A stretch of 64,000 nt of DNA from a virus. This document shows positions 56,951 through 64,000 of the stretch, piece by piece. The stretch lies in the IMG/VR virus record IMGVR_UViG_3300042503_001430, positions 1 through 64,000 of that record; one strand, written 5' to 3'. Both the position numbers and the translations under genes were made by a program. The notes under the pieces are model-generated. The model was not told the origin of the DNA and searched no databases. It was given only the letters and a program-made list of their open reading frames with translations. Positions within the stretch are counted from its first letter, which is position 1, and each line of letters begins with the position of its first letter.

Positions 56951-57023
56951 CTGCACCTGACGAGCCCAGAAGGGCGAAACAGAGCGTAGACACGGCAACT
57001 ATCGTGTCACCTCTGTAGTGCAG
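56951..57023 (+). ncRNA. Type I hammerhead ribozyme
   Basis: Stem I CTGCAC/GTGCAG; core CTGACGA; stem II GCCC-AGAA-GGGC; GAAA; stem III CAGAG/CTCTG extended by hairpin GACACGG/TCGTGTC; GUA triplet, cleavage predicted after 57017. Confidence 0.88.
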
Positions 57024-57029
57024 TACCTC

Positions 57030-57818
57030 TTAAAACGCCAACAGTATCGAATCTGCTTTCAAAGCTTTCTTATCAATGTCAGAACTAGACCCACTCTTGA
57101 GTGGTGCTATGTTGTAGGGTGACTTCTTTACCTTACCGAAATGCAACGTCATCACGAACTGATATGTACCAGAACCCTTCGCTTGACATCGAACTCGAAT
57201 GATAGCACTCGCAGATTTTGCAAAGTCTGGTATTGGTGGTAGGTTATTGTCTTTCAGTGTTTTATTCAGGTCGAGATCATCTCTGCCGTTGAGGGTGAAA
57301 AGGCCATGTGTTCCTATGTTGATGTATGAGCACTTCTTCTTGCTGTAGTATTCGCATATAACACTTGCTGGTACATCAATATGAATTTCGTTATCTGCTC
57401 CAAATTTTTTGATGTCTTTTTCGTATGCGTCTTGTGGCGACTTTGCACCCACAATCTTTTTGCTTCCGTCTTTCTCGTTTTGTAGACACGGAGTCTTTTT
57501 TCTCCAATTCTTTCCTTCTTCACCTCTGCTGTTCATTTGTTGAAGCAGGTTGAACTTTTCTCCGATTGCTTGTAAGAACTCTTTCTCAACATGACCTTTG
57601 TACTCGCCATAATCCCATTTACCATCGACGTACTTCATAACAAGAGAACCAGCAGCAGTGGGTGATATTTTCAATTCACACCCTGTCGTCTTTTTCTTTT
57701 TGGATATTGTGAGGTCTGGCTTATCTCTCGCTGCACCAGCAATTCCACCCGTGGATATTTTGTGCTCTTGTAACGCCTTGTATGCGTTCTCTTCGTATTC
57801 AAACCCTTTTTGAGCCAT
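57030..57818 (-). CDS. PD-(D/E)XK restriction-like endonuclease
   Basis: GF.YE...KPD.......ELK; Y..K...YI.IG..G.F; R.R; GAGG SD and minus-strand AATAAATA upstream. Confidence 0.65.
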   Translation of the reverse strand: MAQKGFEYEENAYKALQEHKISTGGIAGAARDKPDLTISKKKKTTGCELKISPTAAGSLVMKYVDGKWDYGEYKGHVEKEFLQAIGEKFNLLQQMNSRGEEGKNWRKKTPCLQNEKDGSKKIVGAKSPQDAYEKDIKKFGADNEIHIDVPASVICEYYSKKKCSYINIGTHGLFTLNGRDDLDLNKTLKDNNLPPIPDFAKSASAIIRVRCQAKGSGTYQFVMTLHFGKVKKSPYNIAPLKSGSSSDIDKKALKADSILLAF

Positions 57819-57961
57819 TAATTCCTCGTATGATGGTCTTGCACTTTTGGTAGAAATGTGATATTTCTATTTATTTTGGGAAGCCAAAAAAACGAGTTTT
57901 TCCTTGAAATTGTGAATTTTCGTGTTTATTGATATTTTGGGGTAATTTAATAGGAGGTACT

Positions 57962-58315
57962 ATGACACTACTCGAAACCTTTTTTCCAGAAATCGCTGTG
58001 GACCGTCACGACGACTACAACCTAGTTAAGCTGAACGATTCTGAGATGTTGTTAGAATTCTCAGTTCCTGGAATCTCTGAGTCTGGTGTGGATGTTGAAG
58101 TTTGTGGAAACACCCTGACGGTATCTGCAACCAGCGCCGAAGAGAGAGAATACCTGTATAGGGGTCTCAGAAGCTCTACAATCGACCGTAAGCTCACTTT
58201 GCAAGATGACGTTGTGGTGAAGTCAGCAACCGTGAAAAACGGTATTCTTGGAATCACTTTGGAAGTTCAGATTCCAGATGAGAAGAAGCCACGAAAAATT
58301 GCAATTACACACTAA
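57962..58315 (+). CDS. Small heat-shock protein Hsp20
   Basis: YN, E..VPG, L.V, YLYRG, A...NGIL.I.L....P.EKKPR.I.I; AGGAGG SD. Confidence 0.9.
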   Translation: MTLLETFFPEIAVDRHDDYNLVKLNDSEMLLEFSVPGISESGVDVEVCGNTLTVSATSAEEREYLYRGLRSSTIDRKLTLQDDVVVKSATVKNGILGITLEVQIPDEKKPRKIAITH

Positions 58316-58401
58316 TGTGTATTTTCCACGATGTCGTTTTTTGGCATCGTGGAGATCAATTAATACTAGACATGAGCTGTCTGGGTGTATATCATGGTAT
58401 A

Positions 58402-59277
58402 ATGATCACTAGACCATTATTGGCTGGCACTCTTGAAGATGTTAGCACCCTAAAATTCCCTGTTCTTGCAACACCGAAGCTCGATGGTATTCGTGTACTG
58501 AAAGTTGATGGCAAAGCAGTCACACGAAAGTTCAAACCAATACCCAACCACCACATTCGCACCCTACTAGAGAAGCACCTGCCTGACGGTGTAGATGGTG
58601 AGGTCATGACACCAGGTACCTTTAATGACATTCAATCAAAAGTCATGTCACATGATGGTGAGCCTGAGTTTACTCTGTATGTGTTCGACTACGTGAAAGA
58701 TGACTTGAATAAACCATACAAAGATCGAATTGCTGATATGGTCAAGTCGGTCAAGAACAAAGCACCATTTGTGATAGTTGTTTTGAAGCCGGTTATGATT
58801 ACCTCACCAGAAGAGTTGCTTGCGTTTGAGAATGAGTGTTTAGAACAGGGATATGAGGGTGTGATGCTTCGTAACCCCGATAGTAAATACAAGTGTGGTC
58901 GATCAACACTTAAAGAACAGATACTACTGAAGCTCAAGCGATTCTTAGATGCAGAAGCTCGTGTTGTTGGTTTCGAAGAAAAGATGCACAACGACAACAA
59001 ACAAGAGAAAGATGAGTTTGGGTTGAGCAAGCGATCATCAAAGAAAGGTGGTCTACAACCAGCGAACACACTCGGTGCATTAGTTGTTGAAGACCTCACG
59101 ACTGGTGTGAAATTTGGGATTGGCTCAGGGTTCGACGATGCGCTCAAGAAAGAGATTTGGACACACCGTGACAAATACCTAAACAAACTGGTCAAGTATA
59201 AATATCAGTCGGTAGGTCAGAAAGATGCTCCAAGATTTCCGGTATTTCTTGGTTTCCGCAGTGAACTTGACACATAA
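58402..59277 (+). CDS. Minimal ATP-dependent DNA ligase
   Basis: TPKLDGIR, DGE, YVFD, YEGVMLR, KLK, GSGF, PRFPVF.GFR. Confidence 0.92.
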   Translation: MITRPLLAGTLEDVSTLKFPVLATPKLDGIRVLKVDGKAVTRKFKPIPNHHIRTLLEKHLPDGVDGEVMTPGTFNDIQSKVMSHDGEPEFTLYVFDYVKDDLNKPYKDRIADMVKSVKNKAPFVIVVLKPVMITSPEELLAFENECLEQGYEGVMLRNPDSKYKCGRSTLKEQILLKLKRFLDAEARVVGFEEKMHNDNKQEKDEFGLSKRSSKKGGLQPANTLGALVVEDLTTGVKFGIGSGFDDALKKEIWTHRDKYLNKLVKYKYQSVGQKDAPRFPVFLGFRSELDT

Positions 59278-59378
59278 TTTTCTTGATTCAACAACCATTT
59301 TCGAGTATATTAATTAAGTCGTCTAACAATTAGCACAAGACTTTGTGAGGTCGTGTTCTAACTATAGTAGGAGAAGAG

Positions 59379-59609
59379 ATGAAGATTGATTTCACAAGTC
59401 TTGTCAGAACGCACCTTGGGTTCCCTTCAGAATGGAAAGGCAAGACGCAAGATGGTAAAGACATAACCATCTCGTACCGATGTGGTAGAACGAAACTCAT
59501 CGTAGATGAAGTGATTGTCGGTACACTCTCACTCGACCAATTTGATATTGGTGGTTACATGGACGACCATGTATTAAAGAAACTGCTTGAAGATAACGGG
59601 TATCTATAA
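59379..59609 (+). CDS. Hypothetical protein
   Basis: AGGAG SD; PS.W.G.T.DG......YR.G motif. Confidence 0.55.
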   Translation: MKIDFTSLVRTHLGFPSEWKGKTQDGKDITISYRCGRTKLIVDEVIVGTLSLDQFDIGGYMDDHVLKKLLEDNGYL

Positions 59610-59842
59610 TGGGATTGAAACTTCACACTCAATCGACTTTCTCGAAAGAGATTGAGAAAATTGTCAGAGATCAAAAAGTCACCTACTTCGAAGCGGTGTG
59701 TGACTACATCACAACCAATAATATTGAGCCTGAGACTGTACCTAAGCTTCTTACAGCTCGCATCAAAGAGATCATTGAAGCAGAAGCTACAGACTTGAAC
59801 CTCATCAATCGTGGTAAGAAGAGAGCGAAGTTTGTTCTATAG
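59609..59842 (+). CDS. gp33: Late transcription coactivator gp33
   Basis: FS..IE..V......Y.EA.......N.IE.E...KL.....KE....EA..LN. Confidence 0.88.
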   Translation: MGLKLHTQSTFSKEIEKIVRDQKVTYFEAVCDYITTNNIEPETVPKLLTARIKEIIEAEATDLNLINRGKKRAKFVL

Positions 59843-59848
59843 TAACCT

Positions 59849-60484
59849 ATGAACGCTTTCGATGCATATAAGAAGTATGTCGCTATCAAGCTACATTTTC
59901 AAACAGACTACGACTACTTCAAGTTCTCTGGCAAGGTCAAAGCATCAAAAGAGAGTTTCGACAACAGACGAGATAGACGCATTTTTGAACGTCTCGCAAA
60001 GCTCTACGACAGCGACCAGTACGAACTACTACTTGTTGCAAACCTCATAGAAAACGCTGATGTCTGGATTGGCGACATCGCAACTGAAGCTGGTAGACAG
60101 AAATACCTCAACATGAAAAAGAAGCTTCAGTCATTACAGTACACATTCAAACAAGACATGAGCAGAATTAAAGACGACATCGATGGTGGAGTTGTGCCAG
60201 ATTTCGATTCGATATTCAAGTTGGTGCTCGAAGATGCTTGCTGGCCACATGTTGTATCACTGATGGTACAGCACGACATTTCGCTAGAGAGCTTTATTGT
60301 TATGAACAAGATTTTGAATTTCATGCCAAGAACATCCAAGCACATTACTGATGACTTGGTGTGGCCAGAGATAGCAAAACTCATATCCAACTATTCTCCA
60401 TTTGTGAGAGTGGATCTGAAGCCATTTCGAGCCATCATGAAAAGTACATTTCTTGACAGCGAGCAAAAAAATCTTGATGTGTGA
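59849..60484 (+). CDS. gp59: Helicase loader gp59
   Basis: AY..Y.AIKLHF...YDYFK..GK, F..R.D...F..L, WI, I..E; between gp33 and gp32. Confidence 0.9.
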   Translation: MNAFDAYKKYVAIKLHFQTDYDYFKFSGKVKASKESFDNRRDRRIFERLAKLYDSDQYELLLVANLIENADVWIGDIATEAGRQKYLNMKKKLQSLQYTFKQDMSRIKDDIDGGVVPDFDSIFKLVLEDACWPHVVSLMVQHDISLESFIVMNKILNFMPRTSKHITDDLVWPEIAKLISNYSPFVRVDLKPFRAIMKSTFLDSEQKNLDV

Positions 60485-60545
60485 GAATAAATCTGTTATG
60501 TTAAACGTACACTACTCGTAGTGAACTTATTTGTATGGAGAAACT

Positions 60546-61493
60546 ATGTCATTTGCAAATCTGAAAAAGAATGCTGGTACAGCAGGTCTGAAAAACCTTC
60601 AAGACGAGCTTGAGAAGCTTAACAAGAAGAGTGAAGGTGGTGCGTCTGATGAAGACAAGTACTGGAAACTTGCTACAGACAAGTCTGGTGTTGGTGCTGC
60701 GGTAATTCGATTCTTGCCTGCTGCTGAAGGTGATGAGCTTCCGTGGGTACTTGTCTATGAACACGCATTCAAGGGTCCTGGTGGGTGGTACATCGAGAGA
60801 TCGAGAACTACACTCGGTAAGAATGTGCCAGATCCTGTGTTTGAGTACAACAACCAGCTCTGGAATTCTGGTGTCGATGCAAACAAAGAGCTTGCACGTA
60901 AGCAAAAGCGCACACCACGATATGTGTCGAACATTCTTGTTGTAAAAGACCCTGCTAATCCTCAGAACGAGGGTAAGGTGTTCTTGTTCAAGTATGGTAA
61001 GAAGATCTTCCAGAAGATTCAAGAGATGATGATACCTGAGCCAGATCCTGTTGATCAGAAAGATCCAGTAAACCCATTCTGTCCATGGAAGGGTGCTAAC
61101 TTCAAGCTCAAGTGTCGTAAAGTTGACGGCTACCCGAACTATGATCAGTCTGACTTCTCGTCGTCTGAAGCATTGTTTGGTGGTGATGACTCACGCATTG
61201 AAGACCTCTGGAAGACACAATTCAAGCTTTCTGAGTTGGTGAACCCAGACAACTTCAAGTCGTATGAAGAGTTGAAGAAGCGTCTTGATCGTGTTCTTGG
61301 GTTGTCTGCAAATGCAACACCAAAGAGCGAGAAGGTGACTGTACCTTCTGCTGCGAGCAAGAGTTCTGTTGCTGAATCTGCATCAGATCTCGATATTGAT
61401 GCTACGTTCTCATCGAGCGATTCTAGCTCGTCTGATGATGCTGACGTATCTGATGATCTTTCGTACTTACAGCAGTTAGCAAACGAAGATTAA
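60546..61493 (+). CDS. gp32: Single-stranded DNA-binding protein gp32
   Basis: AVIRFLP, H.F.G.GGWYIE, NILVVKDP..P.NEGKVFL.K.GKKI, GANFKLK, acidic tail. Confidence 0.95.
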   Translation: MSFANLKKNAGTAGLKNLQDELEKLNKKSEGGASDEDKYWKLATDKSGVGAAVIRFLPAAEGDELPWVLVYEHAFKGPGGWYIERSRTTLGKNVPDPVFEYNNQLWNSGVDANKELARKQKRTPRYVSNILVVKDPANPQNEGKVFLFKYGKKIFQKIQEMMIPEPDPVDQKDPVNPFCPWKGANFKLKCRKVDGYPNYDQSDFSSSEALFGGDDSRIEDLWKTQFKLSELVNPDNFKSYEELKKRLDRVLGLSANATPKSEKVTVPSAASKSSVAESASDLDIDATFSSSDSSSSDDADVSDDLSYLQQLANED

Positions 61494-63986
61494 TTACTGA
61501 CAAGCTACCATAGAAGAGAGACCCCTTGTGTCTGGTTGAGCACATCCGCCAGATGCTTGGGGTTTTTCGGTTGAGCCAGTGCTTTGAACAGAAGATGCGT
61601 CAATATTTTGATTTACTATCACTGGTGATATTCTTTGTTCTGCGACTTGTTGCTTGCTCAAGTCGGCAACGGTTTTCCCTGCACTTGAATATATCGACTG
61701 AATTGGTGGACTTATCTGATTTGCCGTCAGACTCGCTGGCATAATAGGTGGACTAGGCAGTTGTGTGCGTGACCCACTTATCTGTGGTCGTGTAGACATA
61801 CCTTTGTTGGTGATTTGTGTGAGCTTTGCTCCATATTTTGGATCGGTTGCATACCCTGTCGCTGCTTGAGCTGTGATAGCTTCTTGTATGTTGTTTGCGT
61901 TCAAAACGCCAGCATATCGTTTGTTCGTCTGCAAGAATTTTATGTAATCTGCTGCCGAGTCTTGCATGTTGTCATATGAACGGAAGCTATCTTTGATGGT
62001 AACGTATTTACCGTTGATGAATTCTTTTGTTGCTATACCCTTATTCTTCTTTGAGAAGTCTTTGATGCCGAAGTAGTTGTTACCTGCTGCGGTGCTCTTT
62101 CCATAGCCTGTTTCGAGACTTGATTGTGCTGCACCAAGACGAGCAACAACTTCTGGATTTTTAACACCAGCTTTCTTAGCTTCTGCAAGTAGCGTTGCAT
62201 ACATGTTATCATAAAATTCTTGTTGTGACTGCTTCATCGGCGAAGCACTTCTATTCACATCGATTGCATCAGCACTGGTTTTTGACACCACAGCAACTTT
62301 ATTCTGTGTTGCATTCTCTTGCAGCTCTTCTCTCTTCTTCATTCTATCTTCTGCTTCGAGCTGCTGTTTGTCGATAGTGTTTTGAAATTCGATTTGTCTT
62401 GCTTCTTTCTCTCTTGCGATTTCTTCACGAGCAACTTTTCTATCACCCATTTTCTTGATGAGACCATATTCTTGCTCTTGCATCTCTTGGGTGAGAGGAT
62501 TGAGAGTTTTTACTGCTAAGCCTGTTGGGTCAGCTTCCATGAGTTTGATTGCTTGTTTGATAAGCCAGTCGAGTACTGATATTTTTATGGAGTCTATGGT
62601 GTCGCCAATATCGAGAAATATCTCTTTCACCGTACCCCACATGTCGAGAAAGAAGTTCTTGATGACTAACAGACCATTAGAGAAGGTGTCTGTTACCCAA
62701 ACGCCAAAGTCATCAAAAAACTGTGATATTTTTTGTCCGCCAATATAACCCATGAGGCCGCCGAGCATCGCACCGACCATACCACCGATAGCTGCGCCGA
62801 ACGGTCCAGCAGTCACCAAACCAATTCCTGCTCCGGTTATTGCATATCTGCCTGCGGTTGAGAATGCATTCACGACGCCATTACCGGAACCGCCGAGAAC
62901 TGCACCTATTGTGCTTGCTATTTTACTGACACCCCATTCGTCGGATTTTAACCAACCCTTGATTCCCTCAACGACATTCCAAATGATGCTGCCCACGATG
63001 AGTGTTACTGGATTTGTCGCCGCGCCAACTATTGCACCACCAGCACCGGCGAGCATCGTTGACATCATTCCCATCAAACCTCTACCCGACATAGCACCGA
63101 GTAGTGACGAAAATATACCACCTTGCGATTCGGTTTTTACTGTGGTTGTCTCTCTTGTGTCTCGCCCTCGTCTTCGTTCTCTTTCATTTTCTATGTTCTG
63201 AAAGTTCAAGTCTTCAATGATGTCTTGCATCATTGATTGAGAATCTTGTATTGTAGCGAGTATTCGTTTAACGTCTACCGAGATTGTGTTTAGTACAGCT
63301 TCTACACCGTCGCCGCTGCCGCCAAATGGCGATGTACCAACCGGCTGAGATGGACCTAAGAAATCATCTTCTGGTATGGGTCCAGGTCCACGTGGCGCCC
63401 TCTTTATTCGAACACCCTTACCAAGCAGTGATGCAGCATCTTGTTTTATAGCTGCATTTTGAATGTTTTTCTTGTTCGCTCTATTCGACAGAGCTTTACC
63501 AACAACACCCTTTAAGAATCCACCAGTGCGTGTGACTGCTTTTGTTGCTAAGTTGATGAGTGGGTCGTTAGCAAATGCGGTGCCCATCACACCTTCTACC
63601 ATACTGCCAGCATTTTCTGTCCACCCTTTGACAATATTTGTAGCTGCGTCTAATACGCTTGTTTTGTCTGAGATTTTTTTTCTTAGGTACTTGTTGACAA
63701 GTCCGGTTGCATTTGTCAGTGCTGCGGTTTCTTTTTTGCTTAAATTTGCTTGCTGAATATACGAATCGAGTTCAACAATTCGTGCTACGTTTGCTTGAAG
63801 TATGTCGAGATCGGCATCATCGCTCTCTGATAGAACAGACCTGATGATGTCGATAGCTTGTGTTGCAAAATCTGTCTTTACCTTTGTTGCTTGTGTGTCA
63901 ATGTTGGTGTCAAGAATCTCTCTTTCGGTTGAGAGCCTAGCAATTTTCTCTTTTAGAGTCTCGTTTATCTTGGACACCTTTGCCAT
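61494..63986 (-). CDS. Baseplate hub/tape-measure-like protein with a GH73 (FlgJ-like glucosaminidase) domain
   Basis: Coiled coils, Gly/Ala-rich hydrophobic segments, then AQ..LETG.G....GNNYFGIK...T.E...FRSY...RY...GYATDP.Y..KL. Confidence 0.75.
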   Translation of the reverse strand: MAKVSKINETLKEKIARLSTEREILDTNIDTQATKVKTDFATQAIDIIRSVLSESDDADLDILQANVARIVELDSYIQQANLSKKETAALTNATGLVNKYLRKKISDKTSVLDAATNIVKGWTENAGSMVEGVMGTAFANDPLINLATKAVTRTGGFLKGVVGKALSNRANKKNIQNAAIKQDAASLLGKGVRIKRAPRGPGPIPEDDFLGPSQPVGTSPFGGSGDGVEAVLNTISVDVKRILATIQDSQSMMQDIIEDLNFQNIENERERRRGRDTRETTTVKTESQGGIFSSLLGAMSGRGLMGMMSTMLAGAGGAIVGAATNPVTLIVGSIIWNVVEGIKGWLKSDEWGVSKIASTIGAVLGGSGNGVVNAFSTAGRYAITGAGIGLVTAGPFGAAIGGMVGAMLGGLMGYIGGQKISQFFDDFGVWVTDTFSNGLLVIKNFFLDMWGTVKEIFLDIGDTIDSIKISVLDWLIKQAIKLMEADPTGLAVKTLNPLTQEMQEQEYGLIKKMGDRKVAREEIAREKEARQIEFQNTIDKQQLEAEDRMKKREELQENATQNKVAVVSKTSADAIDVNRSASPMKQSQQEFYDNMYATLLAEAKKAGVKNPEVVARLGAAQSSLETGYGKSTAAGNNYFGIKDFSKKNKGIATKEFINGKYVTIKDSFRSYDNMQDSAADYIKFLQTNKRYAGVLNANNIQEAITAQAATGYATDPKYGAKLTQITNKGMSTRPQISGSRTQLPSPPIMPASLTANQISPPIQSIYSSAGKTVADLSKQQVAEQRISPVIVNQNIDASSVQSTGSTEKPQASGGCAQPDTRGLSSMVACQ

Positions 63987-64000
63987 TGTCTACCTGCTAT

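Noticed and set aside
55575-57030. Retron or DGR-type system
   Set aside because: No reverse transcriptase (YxDD) ORF and no template/variable repeat pair is visible in the window.
61526-63756. Plus-strand ORFs over the last 2.5 kb
   Set aside because: They are antisense shadows of the 830-aa minus-strand gene that carries a recognisable GH73 domain.
1-64000. Stop-codon reassignment (prompted by in-frame TAG-ATG at 11216-11221 and TAG at the end of gp43A)
   Set aside because: Core genes are full length under the standard code, and TAG is used as a true stop after uvsW, gp41, gp43B and nrdJ.

Overview
This window is a 64-kb segment of a large, AT-rich T4-like (myovirus) phage genome, almost entirely on the + strand. 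It runs from the last codons of the major capsid gene (gp23) through the T4 core module (gp3, uvsY, uvsW, gp55, gp47/46, gp45/44/62, regA, gp43, uvsX, gp41, gp61, rnh, ligase, gp33, gp59, gp32) to a minus-strand baseplate-hub/tape-measure-like gene carrying a GH73 domain. Accessory genes include ClpP, a DNA methyltransferase, two abutting SemiSWEET/PQ-loop genes, a CobT/CobS-like pair, dUTPase, dCMP deaminase, class II RNR, Ung, an ExoI-like nuclease, a PLP enzyme plus glycosyltransferase, PhoH, DUF5664 and Hsp20. The most notable observations are: (1) a non-coding RNA island at about 55.1-57.0 kb holding a complete tmRNA (tag ANFNDSAYALAA), a late-promoter three-way-junction/pseudoknot RNA directly ahead of a Pol-beta-type nucleotidyltransferase, and a second late-promoter multibranched RNA ending in a canonical type I hammerhead ribozyme; (2) a family of ORFs starting with a T4 capsid-targeting-like peptide (MKxFxxF/YL/IxE), several of them nucleotide- or RNA-acting enzymes, suggesting a packaged and injected enzyme kit; (3) a DNA polymerase split in the fingers domain by a GIY-YIG-like gene plus dCMP deaminase; (4) apparently leaderless transcripts for several replication genes and a non-ATG start for RNase H. 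All calls come from reading motifs by eye; no searches were run.
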